Source: an uncultured Gimesia sp. (GTDB lineage: Bacteria; Planctomycetota; Planctomycetia; Planctomycetales; Planctomycetaceae). From it: a stretch of 64,000 bases of DNA. Under the pieces are notes generated by a model. It searched no databases, had not been told where the DNA came from, and saw only the letters and a list, made by a program, of their open reading frames with translations. Made by a program: the position numbers and the translations under genes. Below are positions 31,167 through 41,801 of this stretch, piece by piece (the first letter of the stretch is position 1; every line of letters begins with the position of its first letter). The stretch covers positions 42,026 to 106,025 of the forward strand of contig NZ_CAXBKP010000008.1 in assembly GCF_963976445.1 (NCBI RefSeq). The letters run 5' to 3'.

Positions 31167-32396
31167 TTAAAAATCGATTTCAGCCGACTGACCCAGATCG
31201 ATGCCACGTGCAGGACTGGCAACGCGACCATATCGACCGGTGGGTTGCTGTTGTGCTCTACGTTGGGGAGCACGCCGCGTCTGGGGACGGGCTTGAGCAA
31301 ACTGCTCTCTTTCCTGTGGCAGCGATGTTCGGGATGCTAGCTGTGCTTCGGGAGCAAAGGCCACGGTTTCGTTGACTTGATGACTCTCTGTTGGGCGTCC
31401 ACTGAATGGAATACGCGACTTAATGGGAAGCGGCCGTGATCTACGGCTGGCTCGGTCAGTTTGATCCAGACTGGCCAACTCGGTTTGCTCTTTCATCGCC
31501 GTTTCGAATTCATCTTCACTGTCATCAGGACCGTCATCAGGACCGTCATCAGGACCGTCATCAGGACTCTGTGAACGAATCACAAAATCCTTGTTTTCGG
31601 TCGCTGGCTGCTGTTTGGGTGCGTTGGCGGCCAGTTGTTGACCTGCGGGAAGATTCAATGCCGGGCTGCCTGCCATAATCCAACTGCCCCATTGTTGTTC
31701 GAGGGCTTCTACATTTTTGTATTTGTATAATTTGGCAATGGCTTCATCCCAGCCGTTCTTATGGGCGTCTTCCAGAAACATCAGATAGCGTTTTTTGCCG
31801 CCGGTCTGCAGCAGAAAGTCGGCCAGGGAATAACCTTCCGCATACAGTGTCAGTACCTTTTGCATTTCCGAAGGATATTCGGTCATGGCGAGCAGGCTTC
31901 TGAGGGGAATCCGTTTATTCGTTCCCATCACCTGACGATTCAATAACCGTTGGCGTTTCTTCTCTGATTCATGTTCGACGATAGTCGCTGCCCCTTCGTC
32001 GGCCCAGCGAGGCAGCGGTCGACGAAAGTGGCAGGCGAAGATCGTATGATTGACTTCGTGCGGGAGAACCGAATCCAAGATGCGTTCCAGTGATCCCTGG
32101 ATCTGCATGTCCCAACCAAAGACTTCTCCTCGGTCGAACGAAAACGTAGTCGCTCCGCCGGCACCATAGTTGCCGACTTTGACTTTAATCGGACACGGGG
32201 CATACCACTTGGGGAGCTCATGTCCCAGCCAGGTGATGGCCAGTTCTTTGCGATAGATCTCAGCAGCATCGCCCACCTGTTTGGCGATTTCCGGCGTTGG
32301 TGCGTGGGTGACGAAATTAGAGGTTTTGTAAGAGGCTCCCAGCGAAAAGAATGCAGCCAGGAATAAAACGAAACAGCGACAAAGTTGAGCTTCCAT
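31167..32396 (-). CDS. Secreted gluzincin-like metallopeptidase domain protein with low-complexity tail
   Basis: Signal peptide, LPHEVNH (HExxH) followed by PRWADEG. Confidence 0.7.
   Translation of the reverse strand: MEAQLCRCFVLFLAAFFSLGASYKTSNFVTHAPTPEIAKQVGDAAEIYRKELAITWLGHELPKWYAPCPIKVKVGNYGAGGATTFSFDRGEVFGWDMQIQGSLERILDSVLPHEVNHTIFACHFRRPLPRWADEGAATIVEHESEKKRQRLLNRQVMGTNKRIPLRSLLAMTEYPSEMQKVLTLYAEGYSLADFLLQTGGKKRYLMFLEDAHKNGWDEAIAKLYKYKNVEALEQQWGSWIMAGSPALNLPAGQQLAANAPKQQPATENKDFVIRSQSPDDGPDDGPDDGPDDSEDEFETAMKEQTELASLDQTDRASRRSRPLPIKSRIPFSGRPTESHQVNETVAFAPEAQLASRTSLPQEREQFAQARPQTRRAPQRRAQQQPTGRYGRVASPARGIDLGQSAEIDF
31521..31567. repeat. 12-bp tandem repeat, about 4 copies (encodes PDDG)
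   Basis: (gtcatcaggacc)x3 plus an 11-bp partial copy. Confidence 0.9.
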
Positions 32397-32837
32397 GCCC
32401 TCTTGTTCCTTATTGTTGCAGCCGAAGATGCGGGTCTTCGACTGACACACTCTCAATTGATTGTAACGGGATAGTTTTTGGGTCGATCACTCGAAATGGG
32501 TTTTTGAGATATGATCGTTGGAAGAACCTGAGGTTCCTGTTGCCTGAATCGATTGTCGGTGAATTCCATTCACACAAAACAAAGTGAGTCAGGTAAGGGA
32601 TGCTTAATGCAAACGTGAGGCCAATGGTTCGAAAATAACGCGTTTTGTTTTCAGAACCAGAGAAGTAGATGCCATAAGCCATAGAAGACACAAGGCTTAC
32701 AGATTTCTGCTGCAAATATTGTAAGAATGACTGCTGTCAAATTTGATCCCAAACGGGATTGTAGAAATTGCAAAGCGGCCCCGATCACGCAGGGGAATGC
32801 AAATTTTACAATTCAGAAATCGACGCAGACGCAAGGT

Positions 32838-33101
32838 TTAGAAACGAAGTCGCGCGAAGACCCAACCTAAGAGGAAGCCGACCAGCATCAGAATTCCCAG
32901 CTCGGTAATCCGCTGGGTCTGGCTCTGTGTCGCATTGAAAAACGCCTGAAAGGCAAACCCCAGCACCATGAAGAGCGCCGCACCATATTTACCAAAACGA
33001 ACCCGAACTTCTCCCGGTGGCTCTGCCGGTTCACCTGCCTGCACTGGAGAAGCCGGTTCCTGACTAGGATCGTCTGACGGGGAAGGGTTCTCCGGCTTCA
33101 C
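32838..33101 (-). CDS. Small two-TM membrane protein
   Basis: 87 aa, 2 bp downstream of obgE. Confidence 0.7.
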   Translation of the reverse strand: MKPENPSPSDDPSQEPASPVQAGEPAEPPGEVRVRFGKYGAALFMVLGFAFQAFFNATQSQTQRITELGILMLVGFLLGWVFARLRF

Positions 33102-33103
33102 GA

Positions 33104-34105
33104 TCAGGCCTCAACTTCCAGATCTTGCAGTTCATTGATAATCATCCGGACCAGTTTTTCGAGATTGTTGCCGGTAGCAGAAGAGATTTGCATCACCGGA
33201 TGTCCTAACTCTTCTTCCAGCAGCTCGGCGATCGGTTCCGCATCAGGCAGTTCGCTTTTGGTGACCACAAGAATTTCCGGGCGTTCCATCAGTGTGGGAT
33301 CATAGAGACGCATCTCTTCCCTGATCTGACGGTAGTTCTGAATCGGATCGGTCTGGTCCATGGGTGAAGGTTCGACCAAGTGCACGAGCACCCGTGTTCG
33401 CTCGACATGCCTCAAGAATTCATGACCCAGCCCCACGCCTGCATGGGCACCTTCGATCAGGCCGGGGATATCCGCCATCACGAATTGATGGTCAAAACCA
33501 ACTCGAACCAGGCCTAAATTAGGATATTTCGTGGTAAACGGGTAGTCTGCAATTTCGGGATGCGCCTTGGACAGCCGACTGAGCAACGTTGATTTGCCGG
33601 CATTGGGTTTCCCGACCAGTCCGACGTCGGCGATCAGTTTCAGTTCGAGTGAAATATCACGCAGTTCTCCCAGGCCTCCCTTTTCAAACTCGCGAGGTGC
33701 CTGATGGGTCGGGGTCGCAAAATGACGATTGCCGCGGCCCCCATTTCCCCCTTTGGCTACGACCACGCGATCGCCGCTCTTCTTCATATCGCGTAACAGA
33801 TGCCCACGTTTACTGTCCAATACCAGCGTTCCTGGCGGGACCATAATGAGTAAGTCCTGGCCAGATCTCCCGCTCTTCAAATTCGACGCCCCGCGTCCGC
33901 CGGGATCGGCATTCCAATGCTTGTGGCCGATGATGTTGGCTAAGCTATTGACGTTCACATCAGCCAGGACGACAACATCACCACCCTTGCCCCCGTCGCC
34001 CCCGTTCGGACCACCGCGCGGCACATGGGCTTCCCTTCGGAAACTGGCAGACCCATCTCCACCATCGCCCGCTTTACAATAAATATCAACTCGATCTACA
34101 AACAT
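33104..34105 (-). CDS. obgE: GTPase ObgE/CgtA
   Basis: MFVD..I...AG.GG.G..SFRRE..VP.GGP.GGDGG, G.PNAGKSTL, DYPFTT, DIPGLIEGA and TKSE. Confidence 0.97.
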   Translation of the reverse strand: MFVDRVDIYCKAGDGGDGSASFRREAHVPRGGPNGGDGGKGGDVVVLADVNVNSLANIIGHKHWNADPGGRGASNLKSGRSGQDLLIMVPPGTLVLDSKRGHLLRDMKKSGDRVVVAKGGNGGRGNRHFATPTHQAPREFEKGGLGELRDISLELKLIADVGLVGKPNAGKSTLLSRLSKAHPEIADYPFTTKYPNLGLVRVGFDHQFVMADIPGLIEGAHAGVGLGHEFLRHVERTRVLVHLVEPSPMDQTDPIQNYRQIREEMRLYDPTLMERPEILVVTKSELPDAEPIAELLEEELGHPVMQISSATGNNLEKLVRMIINELQDLEVEA

Positions 34106-34638
34106 AATGTTCCGTCTACTGTCACTTTTGAATGCTACGTATTCCGCTCTGAAACGCGTTCGGCCCCGAAAACAATTCCGGCACTGATTTGGGGGAACGG
34201 GGAATTGCGACGCCCGTCATACACGTCAGAAGGAATACACTTCGTATCTTCTTTGATTTCATTGACTTAAGAGTCAACCACTGGCCTCATTTTTCGCACT
34301 TTGTTTTCGATTTGTGGAAACGAACAACCCTGCATTTTCCAGCATGACAACTCGAAGATCGTCTCGACGACAACCTGCTACAAAGTACGGCAGGGATTAT
34401 CCATTGTAGATGGTCTCCTTGAAAATACGAGAGCCGATTCGTGCTTTCTTATACAATCCCAGCTATGAAAGGGGAGCCGCAACGATTCTCCTGACTTTCT
34501 CTGAAACAAACCTCCGGCAAACATGTTCATTAAACCTTTTCCAGGCAGTCACTTACAACATTTCCATCTCCCTAATTTCGGATTGACCCGCTTTCGACCT
34601 CCTTTTATACTCCCGCTCCCCTGAATTTCCCCGCAAGG

Positions 34639-35700
34639 ATGCGACAAAGGAATGACGTGATGAGTTCCCTGCCTGTAAGGTCGGTAATCGAGTTTTCCCA
34701 ATTTGATCAGTTACGTGATGCGCGCGATATCATTTTCAGCGAGGCTGATGCGCTGCGCCAGATGGGTCACACCCTGGGAACAGAACTCTGCGACGCCGTC
34801 GATTTAATTCTGTCCCGCAAGGGAGCTGTCATCTTAACCGGCATGGGTAAAGCAGGGTTGATCGCACAAAAAATCTGCGCCACACTCTCATCAACGGGCA
34901 CACGTTCCCATTTTCTGCATCCAGCAGAAGCCATTCACGGCGACCTGGGCTGCCTGCATTCTGATGATACCGTGCTGGCACTTTCCAACAGTGGTGAAAC
35001 AGAAGAGCTACGGCGTCTGCTCCCGCTCTTTCAAAAAATGAACCTGCCTACTATCAGCATCACGGCTCGCAAGACAAGTACGCTCGGCCGCGCTTCTCAA
35101 GTTGTGTTGTGCCTGGGAAATTTAGAAGAAGCAGGCCCGCATCAGTTGGCACCTTCCACAACAACGACTGCGATGCTGGCGATGGGGGATGCCTTATCGC
35201 TGGTGATCAGCAAAGCCCGCGGATTCACACCGCTACAATTTGCCACTTTTCATCCCGGAGGAAATCTGGGACGAAAACTGACTCAAATCAATGAAGTCAT
35301 GCGTCCGCGAGACGAAGTGCGTGTGACACATGAAACCAGTTCCATCCGCGAAGCTTTTGTCAGCTTGAGTTGCCCCGGCCGTCGCAGTGGCGCTGTGATT
35401 ATTGTCGATGATTCCGATCGAGTCGCAGGTATCTTTACCGACAGTGACCTTGCCCGACTGCTGGAAGAACGCCGCGATGTGCAACTGGACCGACCGATCT
35501 CTGAAGTTATGACAGCCCAACCGACCACCATTCAATCCGATGCTTCTCTGGAAACAGCAGTCACGCTGTTAAAAACGCGCAAACTCAGTGAACTGCCGGT
35601 CGTTGATCAACGTCAGCATTTAGCTGGTTTGATCGATATTACCGACGTCATCGGCTGGCAGCCTCAACTGGAACCAACCGAAGACAAACAGGCGGGCTAA
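34639..35700 (+). CDS. kdsD: KpsF/GutQ arabinose-5-phosphate isomerase (SIS + CBS)
   Basis: TGMGKAG, HPAEAIHGDLG, SNSGET, APST.TTA.LAMGDAL, HPGG.LG and GIFTD.DL.R. Confidence 0.92.
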   Translation: MRQRNDVMSSLPVRSVIEFSQFDQLRDARDIIFSEADALRQMGHTLGTELCDAVDLILSRKGAVILTGMGKAGLIAQKICATLSSTGTRSHFLHPAEAIHGDLGCLHSDDTVLALSNSGETEELRRLLPLFQKMNLPTISITARKTSTLGRASQVVLCLGNLEEAGPHQLAPSTTTTAMLAMGDALSLVISKARGFTPLQFATFHPGGNLGRKLTQINEVMRPRDEVRVTHETSSIREAFVSLSCPGRRSGAVIIVDDSDRVAGIFTDSDLARLLEERRDVQLDRPISEVMTAQPTTIQSDASLETAVTLLKTRKLSELPVVDQRQHLAGLIDITDVIGWQPQLEPTEDKQAG

Positions 35701-35782
35701 CCCGCTTTCGATTTTCCTTTCTGACACTCCTCTCTTTCATTTTCACTCTTTCATTTTCAATAGAAACGACTTTTCCAATTCC

Positions 35783-38700
35783 ATGACCGGAGCCATTCAA
35801 TATAACAGGAATGGATTATTCGATCGCCTGATCGCAAACCGGCTGTTGTTAACTTGGGTGACAACACTCTCTTTGACCGGCGCGTATCTGGTGTATGCGC
35901 AGGCGCTGCAGCATGTCATCAAGGAAAAAATCATTCGACGTGAATTTCCGAAAGAGGTCTTCACGTCTCCCGCCCATTCTTCGGGGAGTAACGAAAAGGC
36001 CAAGACCTATCTGCCTGAAATCCCCTGGGCCGCCGATGCCCGCTATCAGTTCAAGGACGAAAACGTCTTCATTTATACTGAGAGCTGGAAACAGGAAGAG
36101 CAAAAAAAAGCGGCCCGCTTAAAGCCGTTTGCCATGTTGATGTTCGACAAAAAAAAGGGGGAATCTGAAGCTCCGTTTGCCCTGATGAGTGAACAAGCGC
36201 TGGTCCGGTTTGAACAACCGTTTGGAATCAAACATACCGACCCCGGTCGGATGATTGCCGGCTCTCTGGAAGGCGATGTAAAAATTACAGGGCCCAACGG
36301 GCTGATCATTTATGGACGAAATTTCTTCTATGACGAATCGTCAATGAATATCTGGAGCGACCATGAAGTCCAGTTCGCATACGGAGATCATCGCGGACGC
36401 GCCCGTGGCATCGAAATGAAACTGATTCCGTCTGCCGAGAAACCAAAGGAACTCAAGCCGGCGGCGGACGGCATTCGTGAAATTGTGCTTCGCCGCGACG
36501 TCCATATGATACTGGCATTGAAGAAAGAGGAGGCAGCAAAAGCTTCTGAGACTGGTATCGCACGTTTTGCCACGGTCAAAAGCACGGGCAGTTTCACCTT
36601 TAATTTAGAAACGAATCAGGGCACGTTCACAGATACCGTACGCGTACATCATCCGACCAATGCCTACCAGGCTGATACCCTGGATTGCGACAAACTACAA
36701 CTACAGTTCGTTCGCAAAGCAGAATCCAATGCAGAGAATGAAGCAACAGTAACTGAGCAAGCAGAAAACAGACGACCATCCAACCATAGTAGTGGCAAAC
36801 TGGAATTTGCGGAACTGGTGGCAACAGGCACGAACGTCATACTGATTTCCGAAGAAAACCAGTTTTCAGGCAGGATGACCCGATTCTCTTATAATGAACA
36901 GACGAAGACGATCGTCCTCACAGACGAACGCGATGTGCGTGTTAAGCAACAATCATCGAAACTCCAATGTCCCGAGATTATCGTCCAGCAGAATGAAGAG
37001 GGCCGCCTGGAAACGATTCTCTGTAACGGAGCTGGCTGGATCATACACACTGATTCCAAGACCGGGCAAATTTCGATGGCGGCGCAGTGGGCCAAACTGA
37101 TGAAAAAATCGATCGACCCGGAAACCCAACTGGAGATGATCGAATTACAGCAGCAGTGTATTGTCAGACAGCCCAACGAACAATTTGCACTGCGGGCGCA
37201 AAATATCAAACTGTGGTTGAAAGGAGATTTACCTTCCTTGAAACAGTCTGATTCGCTCAAACAAAAACAACACCCGTCTGCTGACGGCAGTGCTGAAGAC
37301 AGTGCTGAAGACAGTGCTGACAACAGTGACGTACAGAGCAAGCTTGATCCCTATAAAATGATTGCGGTACGCGATGTGGACATCTCCAGTCCTCAACTTA
37401 GCGGAACTACCAAACGACTCGAAATCTGGTTTGACCAGGCGACGTCACCGCAGTCGGCTCCCAATGCCCCACTCAGCCAGCAGCCGCAGTTAAGGCGCGC
37501 CCCTGTCAAACAGGTTGCGTTTGCTGTTAACGATACAATCCCTTCGCGCGAAGCGCGCACGAGAAATGTGAGCGGACCGTTTTCTGATCCCGGAAGAAGG
37601 CGTCTTCCCACCAATCAACGGTTACAAGCGGATTCCCCGGAAGGGCGCACGGTTCTCCCGTCTCGTAGAAAATCCGTGTTTTCGATGGATGATCAAAAAC
37701 CAGAAGAACCACCCGAGCCGGTGATCGTGAAAGCCGATCTGATGAAATTGCGTGTGACGAAAAATACACGCGGCAAAGCAGAAGTGGTAGAGGTCTGGAC
37801 CCAAGGTAATGTTTCGGTGCAGCAGCTGCAGGGCAAAACGGAAAAGCCGTTACACATTACTGGAAACCAGCTCCACATTGAAAACAAAGGTGAGAACGAC
37901 CAGATCCTGCATGTGATTGGTAAGCCGGCAAAAATCAACGCACAGGGGGCCCAGATTGAGGGCGAAAATATTTTTCTTTACCGCCTGGAAAACAAAGCTA
38001 AGGTCGAAGGGAAAGGGCTGTTACTGTTGCCGGTACGTGGCGGTAAAAAGTCGTCAGCCGGCCTGTTATCAGGCGCTGATGGCATTACTCAGGAACACAG
38101 CCTGACGAAACCCGGCAAGGAAGAAGAAAATGACCAGGATCAAGTTCTGGAAATTCACTGGGATCAGGAAATGGTCTTCGACGGATTGACGGCGAATTTC
38201 TTCGGCAAAGTCAGAACCAATATGGGAGACAATCGCCTGCGATGCCAGGAGATGGAAGTCATTCTGTCCGACCGCGTCTCGTTTACGAAAAAACAACCGA
38301 AAGATCAAAAACCCAACGTCCATTTCATCACCTGTCGGGACGGCGTCGAAGTGGAAAGCAACGAGTATCTGGAAAACAGATTGGTCGGTATCCGCCGCGC
38401 CAGCTTCTGGCAAATGAACGTCGATCAGCAAACCGGGAATGCGGAAGCCCGCGGCCCGGGTTGGTTGATTTTGTGGCGACGAGAAAATACAGACCAATCG
38501 AATTCAGAATCCAACGTATCACAAGCCAACCGGCCTCAAAAAACAGACTCCGACAGCTGGGCTTACACGCGAATCGATTTTAACGGCAAGATGGCCGGCA
38601 ATGTGGAACAACGAAGCACCACGTTTGATGATCGCGTGCAGATTACCCACGGCAGTGTGAAACGTCCACTAGACACTATTGATCCTGACAAACTGCCTCC

Positions 38701-39061
38701 CAATGCCGGCCGGATGCGGAGCAACAGCCTGAAACTGATTCAGCATGAAATCAATGGCCAGAAGAAAAAATTTATCTCGATGCTGGCAAAAGGGAATGCA
38801 GAATTTGAGGGGAACGCGCTCGTCAAAAATAAAAGGGCTCCGACGAGTCAATCCTTTAGTGCCAGCGCCGATACCATCAGCTTTGATGAATCGAAAGACC
38901 TGTACATGTTGCGTTCCTTCGGCAATCGCAAGGCAACCCTCCGCCGGTTTTCACGTGTGGGCAGCGATCCCACCCAAAGCGTGGCCCAGCAAATCGAGTT
39001 CGCTCCTGCTCATGACCGGGTCACATTACACGGCGTAACCGGGATACAAGGGTTGCCCTGA
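35783..39061 (+). CDS. Large membrane-anchored beta-rich protein, possibly LptC/LptA/OstA-like
   Basis: 1092 aa with one N-terminal TM helix and repeated beta-strand motifs (L.CDKLQL, A.G.V, GNV.V.Q, L.C..MEV). Lies directly after kdsD. Confidence 0.6.
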   Translation: MTGAIQYNRNGLFDRLIANRLLLTWVTTLSLTGAYLVYAQALQHVIKEKIIRREFPKEVFTSPAHSSGSNEKAKTYLPEIPWAADARYQFKDENVFIYTESWKQEEQKKAARLKPFAMLMFDKKKGESEAPFALMSEQALVRFEQPFGIKHTDPGRMIAGSLEGDVKITGPNGLIIYGRNFFYDESSMNIWSDHEVQFAYGDHRGRARGIEMKLIPSAEKPKELKPAADGIREIVLRRDVHMILALKKEEAAKASETGIARFATVKSTGSFTFNLETNQGTFTDTVRVHHPTNAYQADTLDCDKLQLQFVRKAESNAENEATVTEQAENRRPSNHSSGKLEFAELVATGTNVILISEENQFSGRMTRFSYNEQTKTIVLTDERDVRVKQQSSKLQCPEIIVQQNEEGRLETILCNGAGWIIHTDSKTGQISMAAQWAKLMKKSIDPETQLEMIELQQQCIVRQPNEQFALRAQNIKLWLKGDLPSLKQSDSLKQKQHPSADGSAEDSAEDSADNSDVQSKLDPYKMIAVRDVDISSPQLSGTTKRLEIWFDQATSPQSAPNAPLSQQPQLRRAPVKQVAFAVNDTIPSREARTRNVSGPFSDPGRRRLPTNQRLQADSPEGRTVLPSRRKSVFSMDDQKPEEPPEPVIVKADLMKLRVTKNTRGKAEVVEVWTQGNVSVQQLQGKTEKPLHITGNQLHIENKGENDQILHVIGKPAKINAQGAQIEGENIFLYRLENKAKVEGKGLLLLPVRGGKKSSAGLLSGADGITQEHSLTKPGKEEENDQDQVLEIHWDQEMVFDGLTANFFGKVRTNMGDNRLRCQEMEVILSDRVSFTKKQPKDQKPNVHFITCRDGVEVESNEYLENRLVGIRRASFWQMNVDQQTGNAEARGPGWLILWRRENTDQSNSESNVSQANRPQKTDSDSWAYTRIDFNGKMAGNVEQRSTTFDDRVQITHGSVKRPLDTIDPDKLPPNAGRMRSNSLKLIQHEINGQKKKFISMLAKGNAEFEGNALVKNKRAPTSQSFSASADTISFDESKDLYMLRSFGNRKATLRRFSRVGSDPTQSVAQQIEFAPAHDRVTLHGVTGIQGLP
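37288..37329. repeat. 12-bp tandem repeat (SAED)
   Basis: cagtgctgaaga x2, cagtgctgacaa, then a partial copy. Confidence 0.85.
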
Positions 39062-39190
39062 CCCGATTTCAGGCTGAATTTATAGAATCATTCTTTTTTC
39101 CGATGTCAATCTCGCCTACAATTAACGTAGGAAGTTTGCTGCCTGTTTCAGCGCTTCCATCGCCAGATATCTATCAGGGAAACGGTAACC

Positions 39191-40819
39191 ATGTCTGTCC
39201 AGAAAGATCAACCTTCACGATTCCGATCCGAGTCGGCAGCTTCTGTTGTGAAGCAACTGACTAGCGCAGGACGACTGAGTGGTCTTATCCGCGGGTATCA
39301 CTGGCTGCTCATCATCACTTTGATGGTTGGCCTGTCTCAACCGACTTTCGCACAGAACCCGCGTACCCGGGAAGCCTACCAGCGACAATACGAAACCCTG
39401 CAAAACAACTTTCAAAACAAACTGAAACAGTTGGCCGCCAATTGCCAGCAGGAACAGCAGCTGGAAGGCCTGCAGACGATTTCCCAATTGCTGACAGCAC
39501 TAGAAGACTTCGATCCGCAATCGAATTCCCTGCCCAGCGCTGTGCGTGCGGAAATCCCACTCAATCTACCCCCGGCAGAACGTAACTGGCGATTGAAGTT
39601 GCGCAACTTGCAGGACCAGCAGGCGAACACTCTGTTTGTCTTCTCACGCAATGTATTACACGCGGGTTTACCCAGCTATGCCTATGATATGATTCTGGAG
39701 ACGGCTTATCATAACCCAGACCATCGCTCGGTCAGACTGATCCTGGGTTATGTACGTAATGGCGACGCATGGGTCACCCCGTTTGAAAAAGAGATGCAGG
39801 ATCGGAAACAGGTCTGGCACGAAAAATATGGCTGGTTGCCGGCAGCACACGTCGCCCGTTATGAAAGGGGAGAACGTTATGTGAACGGTCGCTGGAAGTC
39901 GGCCGCTCAGGAAGCAGAAATCAGACGCGACTTTCGAAATGCCTGGCAAATCAAGACGGAACACTTTCTGATCAAAACCAATCACAGTCTGGAAATGGGT
40001 GTGAAACTGGCGACAGAAATGGAAGATTTTCATCGCTATTTCCATCAAACCTTCGTCGGCTTCTTTAAGACACCGGAGCAATTGCGAAAATTATTTGAAG
40101 GTGCCAGAAACCCTTTTCAAAGACGAAACAACAATTCTCAACACGTCATGCACTACTACCGGACCCGCAACGAATATTTGCAGCGGTTACAGAAAGAGAT
40201 TCCGCAAATTGCACTAACGCATGGCATCTACCTGTTCGGCGATCGGATCTCGCACTTTTATCATCGCCCCGATGCAGCAGGCGATTTGGGAACCCTGTAT
40301 CACGAAGCCACGCATCAGCTGTTTTATGAAACCGGTTCTCTGCGCAGCAATAGACAGGTCGGCGAGAAAAATCATTTCTGGGCCATTGAAGGCATCGCCT
40401 GCTACATGGAATCGTTTGAGAAGGACGGCAATGTTTTTCGAGCCGGCAACCCGAATCATATCCGCTTCAACGCGGCCCGCTATCGGCTGCTGGAAGACGA
40501 ATATTATGTTCCCCTGGAAACGTACGCCGCCATGGGCCGCCAGGCCTTTCAAACCAGTCCGAACATCAGCCCCAACTATAGTCAGGCATCCGGGCTGTCT
40601 CATTTCTTCATGCACGCCAAACGTGGGGAATACCGAGACGCCTTTATCAATCAGATGTCACAGCTTTACAGCTTCAACTCCCGCGTTCGTAATAACGCGA
40701 ATACGCTGGATGAGCTGACCGGCCAGTCTTATAGTGAGCTGGATCAAGAGTACAAAGCCTACTCGGCAGCGCTGCAAAAAGCCCTTGATGAACGTGCTCT
40801 CAGCCTGCAGACTAAATAA
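39191..40819 (+). CDS. DUF1570-like putative metallopeptidase domain protein
   Basis: TLYHEATHQL, WAIEGIACYME and YSQASGLSHFFM. Confidence 0.7.
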   Translation: MSVQKDQPSRFRSESAASVVKQLTSAGRLSGLIRGYHWLLIITLMVGLSQPTFAQNPRTREAYQRQYETLQNNFQNKLKQLAANCQQEQQLEGLQTISQLLTALEDFDPQSNSLPSAVRAEIPLNLPPAERNWRLKLRNLQDQQANTLFVFSRNVLHAGLPSYAYDMILETAYHNPDHRSVRLILGYVRNGDAWVTPFEKEMQDRKQVWHEKYGWLPAAHVARYERGERYVNGRWKSAAQEAEIRRDFRNAWQIKTEHFLIKTNHSLEMGVKLATEMEDFHRYFHQTFVGFFKTPEQLRKLFEGARNPFQRRNNNSQHVMHYYRTRNEYLQRLQKEIPQIALTHGIYLFGDRISHFYHRPDAAGDLGTLYHEATHQLFYETGSLRSNRQVGEKNHFWAIEGIACYMESFEKDGNVFRAGNPNHIRFNAARYRLLEDEYYVPLETYAAMGRQAFQTSPNISPNYSQASGLSHFFMHAKRGEYRDAFINQMSQLYSFNSRVRNNANTLDELTGQSYSELDQEYKAYSAALQKALDERALSLQTK

Positions 40820-40924
40820 GCATTCCTAATAAAATATTGCCCACGGTTTTGCTGTCCTCCGGCTCCCTTCTCTCTCAATACGCCCCCTGCCAACCAGTGA
40901 AATTGACATAAGTCCGATAACCAC

Positions 40925-41194
40925 GTGGATGACATAGAACCCAACTGGGACGTGTTCCACAATGTTATCGGCCTGTTCAAACTCTGGGCCGAAGACGGTT
41001 ACCGAAAGAACAAGTACCATCAAAGGCTCTGCGAGATCGCCGAAGCTATTGAACTCCCCGCGAACTCACCAACTTACAAAATAATAAACTGCGTGAAAGC
41101 TCCCGTTGATGAGCAGGCTAAGCTAGTGCTACATCGCTGGCGGTTCGGGCTGTGGAAGTGTGTTTTGAGCTGGGGTGAAGCTGATCGTCCGTAA
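40925..41194 (+). CDS. Hypothetical ORF or gene fragment
   Basis: 89 aa. Its 3' end overlaps the IS remnant. Confidence 0.3.
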   Translation: MDDIEPNWDVFHNVIGLFKLWAEDGYRKNKYHQRLCEIAEAIELPANSPTYKIINCVKAPVDEQAKLVLHRWRFGLWKCVLSWGEADRP

Positions 41195-41382
41195 TGCCCA
41201 CGAAGGCCTGAAAGCGGATGCAAACCACGAACATGCTGGAACGTCAGAATAAGGAATTAAGACGGCGTACCCGCGTGGCGGGCATGTCGCCCAAAGAGGC
41301 ATCGTTACTGAGACTGGTGACCGCGATCCTGGTGGAGCTGAGCTACGACTGGGAAACCGGCATGAGAGACCTGACGATTTAG
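41173..41382 (+). mobile_element. IS256-family transposase remnant (internally deleted, frameshifted)
   Basis: GVKLIVRNAHEGLKA (cf. LIVSDAHEGL) joined in another frame to TTNMLERQNKELRRRTRVAGMSPKEASLLRLVTAILVELSYDWETG, a typical IS256 C-terminus. Confidence 0.85.
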
Positions 41383-41801
41383 TAATGATCTCAGAAATCG
41401 AAGGCTACTGAAACATACAGAACATTTGCTTTTTTCGGATAATAAAACACGAATAAACTATACAAACATGCCGTTTTATGTTAACTATAATGTACACACC
41501 CCTTTAGATTTTGACCGCATTCTTTTGGCTTTTGATGTTACATTCCCCAGGGAGCTCCCTAGTACTTTCAGAAATCATCTTTGATGAATGTTTCATTGCA
41601 TGTAGTCCGTCTCGAAACAATTTCAATTAAAGAGCTTTTCTATGAATGAGTAATACGCGGGAACACATGACCTCAAGAACGAAGAACATGCAAATAGGGG
41701 CCATTTTTGTTAGCGATTTGGGAGAAAAACACTCCCTCTTTCTGAAATGATGATTCAGAATTCGCGTGTTGTTAAAATTCTAATTTAGGAAAGAGTTTGA
41801 G

